DNA from: an uncultured bacterium
GTDB lineage: Bacteria; Krumholzibacteriota; Krumholzibacteriia; Krumholzibacteriales; Krumholzibacteriaceae
Direction of reading: 5' to 3'
DNA: 64,000 nt
Assembly: GCA_963813815.1 (NCBI GenBank)
Contig: CAWFAD010000007.1
Span: 384,001 to 448,000 of the forward strand
Made by a program: the position numbers and the translations under genes
Shown here: positions 18,624-28,389 of the stretch, in pieces
Layout: every line of letters starts with the position of its first letter
How positions within the stretch are numbered: the stretch's first letter is position 1
Notes under the pieces: generated by a model
The model's database searches: none
The model's input: the letters and a program-made list of their open reading frames with translations, nothing else
Told to the model about the DNA's origin: nothing

Positions 18624-21158
18624 ATGTCCGACAAGCGTCTTCAGCTGGTGCTAGCGCTGGTGGTGTTCATCGTGCCGTTTGTCGTCTATTTTTTGACGAT
18701 GGCGGCGACGGTGTCGTTCTGGGACAGCGGCGAGTTCATAGCGACGAGCTACATACTGGGGATACCGCATTCGCCGGGGACGCCGCTGTACGTGCTGGTG
18801 GGGCGGGTGTTCACGATGCTGCCGTTGCCGCTGTCGATTGCGGAGCGAGTGAACCTGCTGTCGGTGGTGTTTTCGGCGCTGGCGTCGATGATGGTGTATC
18901 TGATCGTGACGGCGACGGTGCGGTTCATGTATCCGGCGCTGAAGGGCGGGATGGGGCGGTTCATGGTGCACGCGGGGGGGTTGACGGGTGCGTTTTTTCT
19001 TGCGTTCAGCACGACGTTTTGGTGGGACGCGACGGAGGCGGAGGTATACGCGCTGAGCTCGTTCGTGATGGGGCTGTGCACGTGGCTGGCTCTCTCGTGG
19101 TATCGCAACCCCGCGGGGCACGCGGCGGTGGCGGACGGGGGGAAGGCGGTCGAGATCGAGGAGGTTCAGGAGCGCCGGCACGCGCGGGGGCTCGTGTATC
19201 TCATCGTGTATCTGCTGGCGCTGGGGATCGGGTTTCACCTGGGGACGATTCTGGTGTTCGGCGGCATATTTCTGCTGTTTTTGCTCGTGAAGGAGAAGGC
19301 GTTTTCGAACGCGGAGCTCATCATCTTCACCTTCGGTTTGGCGGTGCTGCTGGCGGACATGACGCTGTACCGCAGCTCGGCGGCGACGGTCGTGGGGCTG
19401 CTGGTGTTCGCGGCGCTGGTCGTGTGGGCGACGAAGGCGCGGGGGCGGTTCGCGCTGGCGTCGACGGGGCTTTTGGCGCTCGGTTTGTCGGTGCACCTCT
19501 ATCTCTACATTCGTTCGCATCTCGATCCGGGGATCGACATGGTCGATCCGGAGACGTGGAAGGCGATGTACGCGCATCTGCGCCGGGAGCAGTATCCGCC
19601 GATCAACGTGCTCGAGCGGAAGGCGTCGCTGGCGTTTCAGCTGAGGCACTTCGGCGGGTATTTTCGCGAGCAGTTCCGGATGACGGGGGACGCGTACGTC
19701 GGGCCGTTCAACGCGGGGCAGGCGCTGACGGCGATTCCGGTGGCGCTCGGGTTTTTGGGGATCGCGGCGAACTGGGTGCGGGAGCGGCGGACGTGGGCGC
19801 TCAACTTCGCGAACCTGGCGATCAACTCGGCGGGGCTCTTGGTGTTTTTGAACTTCAGCGCGAGCGAGGTGCGTGAGCGGGATTATTTTTACGGTCCGGC
19901 GTTTTACTTTTTCGCGGTGTTCATCGGGATCGGGGCCTCGTGGCTGCTCGTGACGGTCGCCGAGTGGGCCGAGCGGCGGCGGGCGGAGCGGTTCGGGTAC
20001 GTGGTGCCGGTCGGAGCCCTCTGCATCGTCCTCTCGCTCCTCCCCATCCGCCACAACTGGTGGACCCACGACCGGTCGGACAACTACATTGCGAGGGATT
20101 ACGCGCACAACATGCTCGCCGGGCTCGAGTCCGGAGCGATCCTCTTCACGAACGGCGACAACGACACGTATCCGCTCTGGTATCTGCAGAACGTCGAGCG
20201 GTTCCGGACCGACGTGCGCGTCGCGAACCTCAACCTGCTCAACACGGACTGGTACATCAAGCAGCTCCGCGACCGGGAGCCGAAGGTGCCCATCGCCTAC
20301 ACCGACGAGGAGATCGAGAACCTCCGCCCCGTTGCCCTCAAGGGAGGCGGCATCGCCTGGCGGCGCGACCAGGCGGTGCAGCACGTCATCAACGAGGCGA
20401 GTTGGAAGCGTCCGATCTACTTCGCGGTCACGGTGCCGCTCGAGATCTGGCGGCCGTACGAACGGTATCTCGAGACGGAGGGGATCGTGCGCCGTCTCGT
20501 TCCGACCGCGGGGGAGGACCGCGTCAACGAGTATCTCCTCGCGCGCAACCTCGACGAGATCTACCGCTTCAGAGGCATGCTCACGGCCGGTGGCGCGGTC
20601 GATTCCACGATCTACAAGGACCGGGACGTGCGAGCCACCTTCGTCAATTTCGCCGTCGCGGCGGCGCAGCTTGGCCAGCAGCGGGCGATCGCCAAGGATT
20701 TCGACGACGCGATTCGCCGGATGGAGCTCGCGCTCGCGCTCGATCCCGGTCTCGATGCCGCGAAGGTGCTGCTCGGCAGCTACTATATGATGGCGGGCAG
20801 GGACGCGGACGCGATCGCGCATTACCTCCGGGCGATCGCGGAGGAGCCGGGACAGGGGGAATACTGGGTGCGGCTCGCCCGGATCTACGAGTTCAAGGAG
20901 CAACTGCCGTTCGCGATGCAGAATCTCGGCGAGGGTATCCGCCTCGCTCCCGACCACCGGCAGCTCTATATCGACGCGTTCCGCGTCGCGGCCCTCATGG
21001 GGGATGCCGATCGGGCGAAGGGGTTCATCGCCCGGTGGCTCGAACGGCACCCGGAGGACGAGGAGATGCAGGCCGTCCTCGAGGGGGCGGACCGGCTGCT
21101 CGAGGAGGAGTTCGGACTCGACGGCTCGGAGCGGCCGCGCGGAGGGGGCGACGAATGA
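18624..21158 (+). CDS. DUF2723 / TMEM260-like GT-C protein with C-terminal TPR-like region, copy 2
   Basis: Same motifs as copy 1; RBS GAGGTG; diverged C-terminal third. Confidence 0.88.
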   Translation: MSDKRLQLVLALVVFIVPFVVYFLTMAATVSFWDSGEFIATSYILGIPHSPGTPLYVLVGRVFTMLPLPLSIAERVNLLSVVFSALASMMVYLIVTATVRFMYPALKGGMGRFMVHAGGLTGAFFLAFSTTFWWDATEAEVYALSSFVMGLCTWLALSWYRNPAGHAAVADGGKAVEIEEVQERRHARGLVYLIVYLLALGIGFHLGTILVFGGIFLLFLLVKEKAFSNAELIIFTFGLAVLLADMTLYRSSAATVVGLLVFAALVVWATKARGRFALASTGLLALGLSVHLYLYIRSHLDPGIDMVDPETWKAMYAHLRREQYPPINVLERKASLAFQLRHFGGYFREQFRMTGDAYVGPFNAGQALTAIPVALGFLGIAANWVRERRTWALNFANLAINSAGLLVFLNFSASEVRERDYFYGPAFYFFAVFIGIGASWLLVTVAEWAERRRAERFGYVVPVGALCIVLSLLPIRHNWWTHDRSDNYIARDYAHNMLAGLESGAILFTNGDNDTYPLWYLQNVERFRTDVRVANLNLLNTDWYIKQLRDREPKVPIAYTDEEIENLRPVALKGGGIAWRRDQAVQHVINEASWKRPIYFAVTVPLEIWRPYERYLETEGIVRRLVPTAGEDRVNEYLLARNLDEIYRFRGMLTAGGAVDSTIYKDRDVRATFVNFAVAAAQLGQQRAIAKDFDDAIRRMELALALDPGLDAAKVLLGSYYMMAGRDADAIAHYLRAIAEEPGQGEYWVRLARIYEFKEQLPFAMQNLGEGIRLAPDHRQLYIDAFRVAALMGDADRAKGFIARWLERHPEDEEMQAVLEGADRLLEEEFGLDGSERPRGGGDE
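18630..20080 (+). repeat. ~1.45 kb direct repeat, copy B
   Basis: Matches 15967-17417. Confidence 0.93.
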
Positions 21159-22129
21159 AACGATCGGTCGTGGTGACCGGAGCGGCGGGATTCATCGGGT
21201 CGCACCTGTGCGAGCGTCTTCTCGACGACGGGTTCGAGGTGCTCGGGGTCGACTGTCTCACCGATTACTACAGCCCCGCGCGCAAGCGCGGCCACATCGC
21301 CGCCCTTCGCAGCCGCGCGGGTTTCCGCTTCGCCGAGGAGGATCTCGCGACGGCCGACGTCGGCCGTTTGCTCGAGGGGACGGACGGCGTGTTCCACCTC
21401 GCCGCGCAGGCAGGCGTCCGCTCGAGCTGGGGGAAGGACTTCAAGCCCTACCTCGACTCGAACGTGCTCGCCACGCAGCGTCTCCTCGAAGCGGTGAAGG
21501 GACGGGCCGGCACGCGGATCGTCCACGCGAGCTCGAGCTCCGTGTACGGCGAACCGAAGGAGCTCCCGATGCGCGAGGACGCCGAGAAGTCGCCGCGTTC
21601 GCCCTACGGCGCCACCAAGCTCGCCGCCGAGCATCTCCTCGAGTTGTACCGGATCGGGTTCGGCGTCGCCTACCGGGCGCTGCGGTTCTTCACCGTGTAC
21701 GGCCCCCGGCAGCGCCCCGACATGGCCTTCAGCAGGTTCATCCAAGCGGGACTGTCCGGAGTCCCCATCGAGGTGTACGGCGACGGGGAGCAGACGAGGG
21801 ATTTCACGTACGTCTCCGACGCCGTCGAGGCGGCCGTGCTCGCCTATCGCTACGAGGGGCCCGAGACGGTGTTCAACATCGGCGGCGGCAGCCGCACGTC
21901 GCTCGCCGACGCCATCGGCATCGTGGCCGCCGGGCTCGGGGGACGTCTCGCCGTGCGCCGCCTCGAGAGCGCGAAAGGGGACGTGGGCGACACGCTCGCC
22001 GACACGTCGCGCGCGCGGCGCGAGCTCGGGTTCGCTCCCCGCGTCGGGCTCGCCGAGGGCATTCGGAACGAGATCGCGTGGTACCGGGAGTATATCGCGG
22101 GAACCGAAGGGAGGACGAGCTCCTCATGA
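21155..22129 (+). CDS. NAD-dependent nucleotide-sugar epimerase/dehydratase (UDP-glucuronate/glucose 4-epimerase-like)
   Basis: TGAAGFIG, HLAAQAGVR, SSSSVYG, YGATK, RFFTVYGPRQRPDMA. Confidence 0.92.
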   Translation: MKRSVVVTGAAGFIGSHLCERLLDDGFEVLGVDCLTDYYSPARKRGHIAALRSRAGFRFAEEDLATADVGRLLEGTDGVFHLAAQAGVRSSWGKDFKPYLDSNVLATQRLLEAVKGRAGTRIVHASSSSVYGEPKELPMREDAEKSPRSPYGATKLAAEHLLELYRIGFGVAYRALRFFTVYGPRQRPDMAFSRFIQAGLSGVPIEVYGDGEQTRDFTYVSDAVEAAVLAYRYEGPETVFNIGGGSRTSLADAIGIVAAGLGGRLAVRRLESAKGDVGDTLADTSRARRELGFAPRVGLAEGIRNEIAWYREYIAGTEGRTSSS

Positions 22130-23067
22130 CAGTGAAAACGAGCTATTTCGGATCGGCCGTCGTTCCACTCTACAACGAGCGCGAGAGCCTCGTTGAGCTC
22201 CATCGCCAGCTCGCCGCGGTGATGGATCGCACGTTCGCGGGGTACGAGCTCATCTTCGTCGACGACGGGTCGACGGACGGCTCCATCGAGACGCTGCGGG
22301 AGCTCCGTCTCGGCGACCGGCGCGTGAAGATCATATCCTTCCGCCGCAACTACGGCAAGTCGGCCGCGCTCTCCGAGGCGTTCAAGGCGGCGCGCGGCGA
22401 TATCGTCGTCACGATCGACGCCGATCTTCAGGACAACCCCGAGGAGATCCCCGGCCTCGTCGCCAAGCTCGAGGAGGGGTACGATCTCGTCTCCGGCTGG
22501 AAGCTCAAGCGCAAGGACCCGCTCACGAAGACGCTGCCGTCGCGGCTCTTCAATCTCACCACCTCGCTCGTGAGCGGCATCAAGCTGCACGATTTCAACT
22601 GCGGTCTCAAGGCGTATCGCGGCGAGGTCGTCAAGCGCATCTCGATCTACGGCGAGCTGCATCGCTTCATACCCGTCATCGCCGGATGGGAGGGGTTCCG
22701 CGTGACGGAGAAGCGGGTGACGCACTTCGAGCGCAAGTACGGCCAGAGCAAGTTCGGCGCGCGCCGCTTTCTCAACGGCATGTTCGATCTCATGACGGTC
22801 ATGTTCCTCACGCGGCGCGCCTCGACGCCGTTCCATTTCTTCGGACGCGTCGCCTTTTTCTTTCTGGCCGCGGGCTCCCTCATCACGCTCTATTTTCTCG
22901 CGATCTGGATGTTCGGACACGGGCTCCGCGTGCGGCCGCTCATGGTCGGCGGACTCGTCATGATCGTGATCGCGATCCAGATCGGGTCGTTCGGGCTTCT
23001 CGCGGAGCTCTTCACGTCGCGGGTCGAGCGAACCTTCGCGTACCGCGAGCAGAGCATCGATGACTAA
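22126..23067 (+). CDS. GT2 polyprenol-phosphate glycosyltransferase (ArnC/GtrB-like)
   Basis: VPLYNE, DDGSTD, RNYGKSAA, DADLQD, HDFNCGLKAY, GELHRFIP, two C-terminal TMs. Confidence 0.9.
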   Translation: MTVKTSYFGSAVVPLYNERESLVELHRQLAAVMDRTFAGYELIFVDDGSTDGSIETLRELRLGDRRVKIISFRRNYGKSAALSEAFKAARGDIVVTIDADLQDNPEEIPGLVAKLEEGYDLVSGWKLKRKDPLTKTLPSRLFNLTTSLVSGIKLHDFNCGLKAYRGEVVKRISIYGELHRFIPVIAGWEGFRVTEKRVTHFERKYGQSKFGARRFLNGMFDLMTVMFLTRRASTPFHFFGRVAFFFLAAGSLITLYFLAIWMFGHGLRVRPLMVGGLVMIVIAIQIGSFGLLAELFTSRVERTFAYREQSIDD

Positions 23068-24217
23068 GGGACCTGCACGGCGCCGCTACTGTCTCGTCGG
23101 ACCCGCGTACCCGTACCGGGGAGGCATCTCGCATTACAACACGTGCCTCATCCGGGAGCTCTCCGGGAAGAGCGACGTGCGGGCGATCAATTTCTCGCGC
23201 TTGTACCCCGGCTTCCTCTTTCCGGGGAAGACGCAGTTCGACGAGAGCGCGCGGCCGCTCGAGGCGCCCTCGCTCCGGCTCGTCGATTCGCTCAATCCGT
23301 TGTCCTGGATTCGCGCCGGCGCGGCGGCGGCGCGTTTCCGTCCCGACGCCGTGCTCGTTCAGTGGTGGCATCCCTTCTTCGCCCTTTCGATGGCCGCGCT
23401 CTGCGCCGTCGTCAGGATGCGGTGCCGCGCGAAGATCGTTTTCATCTGCCACAACGTTCTGCCGCACGAGCGCTCCCTCGTCGACGCGACGCTCGCCCGC
23501 GTCGCCTTCGCGGCGGCGGACGCCTTCGTCGTTCAGTCGAACGAGGACCGCGGCAAGCTCTCGCGGATCAAGCGCCGCTCTCCGGTCATCGTGCATCCGC
23601 ATCCCAGCTACGATTTCTTCGCCTCGGGGGGGTTCACGCGGGAGAGCGCGCGCTCGGCGATCGGAGAGGGCGCGGGGCCGCTCGTGCTCTTTTTCGGGTA
23701 CGTGCGGGGCTACAAGGGCCTGCGGTATCTTCTCGAGGCCATGCCGGCGCTGCGCGAGCGAGTGCCGGCCCGGCTGCTCGTCGTCGGGGAGTTCTACGAC
23801 AGCCGCTCCCCCTACGACGAGCTCGTCTCGAGGCTCGGCCTCGGGGACGCCGTCCGCTTCGTCGACCGCTACGTCGGAAACGAGGAGGTGGAGGCGTACT
23901 TTGCCGCGAGCGATCTCGTCGTCCTGCCCTACGTGTCGGCGACGCAGAGCGGCATCGCTCAGATCGCCATCGCCTTCGACCGTCCCGCCGTCGTGACGGA
24001 CGTCGGAGGGCTTCCCGAGGCGATCGCTCACGAGCGAACGGGATTCGTCGTGCCGCCGCGCGATCCGGCCGCCCTCGCCGGCGCGATGGCGCGGTTCTTC
24101 GAGGAAGGCTGGGCGGGGAAAATGGCGCCGCTCTTCGCGGAGGAGAAGCGGCGCTTCTCGTGGAGCGCCATGGCGGAAGCGGTCGAGGGGCTTCTCGACC
24201 GCCTCGAACGCGGGTGA
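23060..24217 (+). CDS. Glycosyltransferase family 4
   Basis: GPAYPYRGGI, FFGYVRGYKGL, LPYVSATQSG, TDVGGLPE. Confidence 0.92.
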   Translation: MTKGPARRRYCLVGPAYPYRGGISHYNTCLIRELSGKSDVRAINFSRLYPGFLFPGKTQFDESARPLEAPSLRLVDSLNPLSWIRAGAAAARFRPDAVLVQWWHPFFALSMAALCAVVRMRCRAKIVFICHNVLPHERSLVDATLARVAFAAADAFVVQSNEDRGKLSRIKRRSPVIVHPHPSYDFFASGGFTRESARSAIGEGAGPLVLFFGYVRGYKGLRYLLEAMPALRERVPARLLVVGEFYDSRSPYDELVSRLGLGDAVRFVDRYVGNEEVEAYFAASDLVVLPYVSATQSGIAQIAIAFDRPAVVTDVGGLPEAIAHERTGFVVPPRDPAALAGAMARFFEEGWAGKMAPLFAEEKRRFSWSAMAEAVEGLLDRLERG

Positions 24218-24224
24218 GGACCGG

Positions 24225-25112
24225 GTGGATCGCACCATCCACGTCATCGTTCTCAACTGGAACGGCGCCGCCGTGCTCGGAGAATGCCTCGCCTCCCTCG
24301 CGAGGGTTCGCGGGCCGCGCCTCGAGATCATCGTCGTGGACAACGCTTCGACGGACGGTTCCGCCGGCATCATCCGGCGCGGCCACCCCGGAATCGAGCT
24401 TCTCGTGAACGAGCGCAATCTGCTCTTCGCCGGGGGAAACAACGTCGGGATGCGGCGCGCGATGGAACGGGGAGCCCGGCGCATCCTTCTCCTCAACAAC
24501 GACACCGAGGTGGATCCCGACTTCGCCGGGCGCCTGCTCGACTCGCTCGAGACCGATCCGCGGGCGGGGATAGCGGGGCCGAAGATCCTCTATCACGGCG
24601 ATCCGGAGCGGATCTGGTACGGCGGGGCGGATTTCTATCCGATCATCGGCGTGCCGCGTCATCGCAACATCCGCCGCAGGGACGGCGCTTTTCCCGAGCG
24701 CGCCGTCGAGACGGGGTGGGTGTCGGGATGCGCGATGCTCGTGCGGCGGGAGGTCGTCGAGGCGATCGGGTATCTCGATCCTTCCTACGAGATGTACTGC
24801 GAGGACGTCGATTACTGTCTCCGGGCGCGGCTCGCGGGGTGGCGCTGCCGATACGAGCCGGAGGCCCGCGTGTGGCACAAGGTGAGCTCCTCGAGCGGGG
24901 GCGGCATGACGCCCTTCAAGCTCGAGAACAGGATCGCGAGCACGAAGCGGCTCTTCGCGCGCTTCAGGCCCTTGTGGTGGCGGGCGCTGCTCGCGCCGGC
25001 GCACGCGGCGGGGCTCGCGCTGCTCGTGGCGGGGTTCATCGCGAGCGGCAGGGCGCAGCTGGCGCGCGCGGCGTGGCGCGGCGCATGGCGCCGCCGAAGA
25101 GAGGCACCCTAA
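24225..25112 (+). CDS. Glycosyltransferase family 2
   Basis: VLNWNG, VDNASTDG, LLNNDT, SGCAML, EDVDYCLR, WHK. Confidence 0.92.
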   Translation: MDRTIHVIVLNWNGAAVLGECLASLARVRGPRLEIIVVDNASTDGSAGIIRRGHPGIELLVNERNLLFAGGNNVGMRRAMERGARRILLLNNDTEVDPDFAGRLLDSLETDPRAGIAGPKILYHGDPERIWYGGADFYPIIGVPRHRNIRRRDGAFPERAVETGWVSGCAMLVRREVVEAIGYLDPSYEMYCEDVDYCLRARLAGWRCRYEPEARVWHKVSSSSGGGMTPFKLENRIASTKRLFARFRPLWWRALLAPAHAAGLALLVAGFIASGRAQLARAAWRGAWRRRREAP

Positions 25113-25131
25113 GGCAATCATTTTTAATGGG

Positions 25132-25160
25132 TTGCTTGGAACGCCGAGAAGTGGTACTCT
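25132..25160 (+). promoter_or_regulatory. Putative internal sigma70 promoter
   Basis: TTGCTT, N17, TACTCT with extended -10 TG; AT-rich gap; GGAGG RBS at 25171. Confidence 0.55.
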
Positions 25161-25181
25161 TTGAAGTGACGGAGGTAATGT

Positions 25182-27647
25182 TTGAGTAAGGCAGTATCCC
25201 CGCAGGGCGGGGCGGGGGAAACCGGGATATTCGATCGTCTCGAATCCCTGCGCCCGCGGTACCAGGCGCTCGTGCTCGCCGCCGTTCTCGTCGCGGCGCT
25301 CTGCCTGCTTCTGCCGGACGTCATCTTTCAAGGCAAGCTCTTTCTCGTGCCCGACGCGATCGCCCCGATGAACTTCGCCGTCGTGGGAGAGAAGGAGCTC
25401 GCCGCCGGCTCGTATCCTCTCTGGAATCCGTACCTCTTCTGCGGCATGCCGAGCTACGCGAGCCTCGCCTTCACTCCCTACGTCTATCCGCCGTCCTTCG
25501 TCACCTTCGCGCTCCAGCGATACCTCGGTTTTCCCGAGATGACGTGGCTGCTCATCCATTACCTGCTCGCGGGCGCGGGCATGTACCTTCTCGCCCGGGC
25601 GCTCGGGTGCCGCGCGGCGGTCTCCATGGCGGCGGGACTCGTCTTCATGCTTCTCCCGAACTACGTCGCGATGGGAGCGAACGGCCACGGATCGCAGGCC
25701 GTCTCGATAGCGTACATGCCGCTCGCGCTGCTGCTGGCGTGGCGCGTTCTCTCCGGGCCCCGGCGCCTCGCCCCGGCGGGATTGCTCGCGATCGTTCTCG
25801 GGTTTCAGATGCTCCGCGGCCACGTGCAGATCGCCTACTACACCTATCTCCTCATCGGGCTCCTCGTTCTCTTCGAGGCGGCGGCGCTTCTCCGGGCTCG
25901 GGATCGCGCGGGGCTCGCGAGGGGCGCCGGTTTTCTCGCCGGGTCGTTCGCCGTGGCGGTCGGCATCGCCGCCGTTCTCATCTTCCCCGTGCGCGAGTAC
26001 GCGGCGCATTCGATTCGGGGCGGCGCGGCGGGCGGCGGGCTCGACTACGGCTACGCGACGGGCTGGAGCCTCCATCCGAGGGAAATGGCGACCTTCGTGT
26101 TCGCCTGGGCGAGCGGGTTCGGAAAGGCGACCTACTGGGGGGCGATGCCGTTCACGGATTATCCGAACTACCTCGGGGTCGCGACCGCCGTCTGCGCCGT
26201 TTTCGGGCTCCTGCTCGCGAAGGACCGCCGGAGATGGTTTCTCCTGGCCGCCGCGCTCGCGGCGACGCTCGTGAGTTTCGGCAAGTTCTTTCCGCTTCTG
26301 TACGAGCCGATGTTCGAGTATCTGCCCTATTTCAACAAGTTCCGCGTGCCCGTCATGGCGCTCATCGTCCAGCAGCTCGCCGTCGTTCTCCTCATGGCGA
26401 CCGGGCTCGAGGCCTTCCTCTCTCGCGCACGCGGCGGAACGCTTCCTCCGTGGTGCGCGGCGAAGCGCCTCAAATGGGCGCTCGTCGCCGTCGCGATCGC
26501 CCTTCTCCTCACGCTCGTGGGGAGCGGCGGAATCAGGGAGAGCGTGGGCGGCAGCGCGGCGGTGAAGGCGAGAGTGCCGGCGGAATGGATCGCCGCCGCG
26601 TCCTCGGCCTACGCGAGCGATCTCGCCAAGACGCTCGCCGTTCTCGCGGCGGTCATCCTCGTTCTCGCGTTCGCGGCGGGGAAGCGGATGAGCGCCGGGA
26701 CGGCGGCCGTCCTGATCGCGGCGTTCGCGGCGGTCGATCTCTTTCTCGTCGATCGCGCCGTTTTGCATCCCGAGGGGACGTGGCGGGGGACGCAGCCGAT
26801 CGTGATGGAGAAGGGCGTCCGGGAGCGATACCTCCTTCCCGACGACGCCGTCCGATTCTTCCGCGCCGACACGTCGTACTTCCGCGTCTTTCCCGTTCCC
26901 GACGCGCGGATCGGCCAGTGGTCGCACAACGCGTACCCCTTCAGCGACAACCGGTTCATGTCGCACGGCATTTTCTCGCTCGGCGGGTACCACGCGGCCA
27001 AGCTCAAGCGGTACCAGAACGTCATGGACGCGATGTTCGAGGCCTTCAACGGCCGGCGATACCCGGCGGCGCTCGTCGACATGCTGAACGCGAAGTATTT
27101 CCTCTCCTCCTACCGGCTCTTTCCCGAGAACACGGGAATGCCGCTCGTGGCGAGCGGAGAGAAATTCTTCGTTTACGAGAATCCGACGGCGCTGCCGAGG
27201 GTCTCCTTCGTCGACTCCGTCCGCGTGCTGTCCCCGGAGGCGGCGCTGAGGAAACTCGCCGCCGGCGAGGTCGAGCCGGCCCGCGAGGTGATTCTCGAAA
27301 GGGATCCGCCGATTCGTCCGGAGTCCGCGGCGGGGGCGCACGCCCGCATCACGTCGTACCGCGCGAACGAAATCCGCGTGCGCGCCCATACCGAGCGCCC
27401 CTGCATTCTGCTCCTCAGCGAGATCTGGTATCCCGACTGGAAGGCCGAGGTGAACGGCGAGGAGACCCCGGTGCTCGCGGCCGATTACTGTCTCCGCGCC
27501 ATCGCGCTCGACGCCGGGGACCACGACGTCCGCATGTATTTCGCCTCGCGCCGCCTGCGCGTTTCGCTCATCGTCTCGATCGCGTGTTTCATCGCCGCGG
27601 TCTCGGCCCCGATTTTCTCCCGGGCGGCGGCATGGAGGAGGAGGTAA
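25182..27647 (+). CDS. YfhO-family GT-C membrane protein
   Basis: YPLWNPYLFCGMP, GHVQIAYY, NKFRVP, GGYHAAKLKRYQ, LSEIWYPDWKA. Confidence 0.85.
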   Translation: MSKAVSPQGGAGETGIFDRLESLRPRYQALVLAAVLVAALCLLLPDVIFQGKLFLVPDAIAPMNFAVVGEKELAAGSYPLWNPYLFCGMPSYASLAFTPYVYPPSFVTFALQRYLGFPEMTWLLIHYLLAGAGMYLLARALGCRAAVSMAAGLVFMLLPNYVAMGANGHGSQAVSIAYMPLALLLAWRVLSGPRRLAPAGLLAIVLGFQMLRGHVQIAYYTYLLIGLLVLFEAAALLRARDRAGLARGAGFLAGSFAVAVGIAAVLIFPVREYAAHSIRGGAAGGGLDYGYATGWSLHPREMATFVFAWASGFGKATYWGAMPFTDYPNYLGVATAVCAVFGLLLAKDRRRWFLLAAALAATLVSFGKFFPLLYEPMFEYLPYFNKFRVPVMALIVQQLAVVLLMATGLEAFLSRARGGTLPPWCAAKRLKWALVAVAIALLLTLVGSGGIRESVGGSAAVKARVPAEWIAAASSAYASDLAKTLAVLAAVILVLAFAAGKRMSAGTAAVLIAAFAAVDLFLVDRAVLHPEGTWRGTQPIVMEKGVRERYLLPDDAVRFFRADTSYFRVFPVPDARIGQWSHNAYPFSDNRFMSHGIFSLGGYHAAKLKRYQNVMDAMFEAFNGRRYPAALVDMLNAKYFLSSYRLFPENTGMPLVASGEKFFVYENPTALPRVSFVDSVRVLSPEAALRKLAAGEVEPAREVILERDPPIRPESAAGAHARITSYRANEIRVRAHTERPCILLLSEIWYPDWKAEVNGEETPVLAADYCLRAIALDAGDHDVRMYFASRRLRVSLIVSIACFIAAVSAPIFSRAAAWRRR

Positions 27648-27651
27648 GCGC

Positions 27652-28368
27652 GTGGAGACGCTCGTCATAGTTCCGACCTACAACGAGAAAGAGAACATCG
27701 CCTCCATCGTCGGCGCCGTGCTCAAGCTCGGCAGCGGCGTCGAGATCCTCGTCATCGATGACGCGAGCCCCGACGGCACCGGCGCCATCGTCGATTCCCT
27801 CGCCGCCGTGAATCCCCGCGTCCACGTGCTCCATCGGCCCGGGAAGCTCGGGCTCGGCTCAGCGTACATCGCCGGCTTCAACTGGGCCCTCGCGAACACC
27901 GAGGCCCGGTACGTCTTCGAGATGGACGCCGATTTCTCGCACGACCCGAACGCGATCCCGCAGTTTCTCGAAGCGGCCAAGGAGGCGGATCTCGTCATCG
28001 GCTCCCGGTATCTCAGGGGGGTCACGGTGGTGAACTGGCCGCTCGGCCGGCTCATCCTGAGCTACGGCGCGAACGTCTATACGCGCCTCATTACGGGGAT
28101 GCCGATCAAGGACGCGACGGGCGGTTTCAAGTGCTTCCGGCGGGAGGTGCTCGAGCGCCTGCCTCTCGATCGCATCAGGAGCGACGGATATTCCTTTCAG
28201 ATCGAGCTGAACTATATCGCGTGGAAACAGGGCTTCCGCATCGTCGAGATACCCATTCTGTTCGTCGATCGCCGCGTGGGCATCTCGAAGATGTCGAAGA
28301 AAATAGTCTGGGAAGCGACTTTCATGGTCTGGAGGATCCGCTTCATGAACCCGCGACGCTGGCGGTAG
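27652..28368 (+). CDS. Polyprenol monophosphomannose synthase (Ppm1/DPM1-like GT2)
   Basis: PTYNEKENI, DDASPDGTG, KLGLGSAY, EMDADFSHDP, DATGGFKCFRR, GYSFQIE. Confidence 0.9.
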   Translation: METLVIVPTYNEKENIASIVGAVLKLGSGVEILVIDDASPDGTGAIVDSLAAVNPRVHVLHRPGKLGLGSAYIAGFNWALANTEARYVFEMDADFSHDPNAIPQFLEAAKEADLVIGSRYLRGVTVVNWPLGRLILSYGANVYTRLITGMPIKDATGGFKCFRREVLERLPLDRIRSDGYSFQIELNYIAWKQGFRIVEIPILFVDRRVGISKMSKKIVWEATFMVWRIRFMNPRRWR

Positions 28369-28389
28369 GGTTCGTCCGCGGGAGCGACT

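Noticed and set aside
15961..21158. Diversity-generating retroelement or invertible shufflon as cause of the repeat
   Set aside because: No reverse transcriptase or recombinase in the window; repeats are direct and both coding; differences are not adenine-specific
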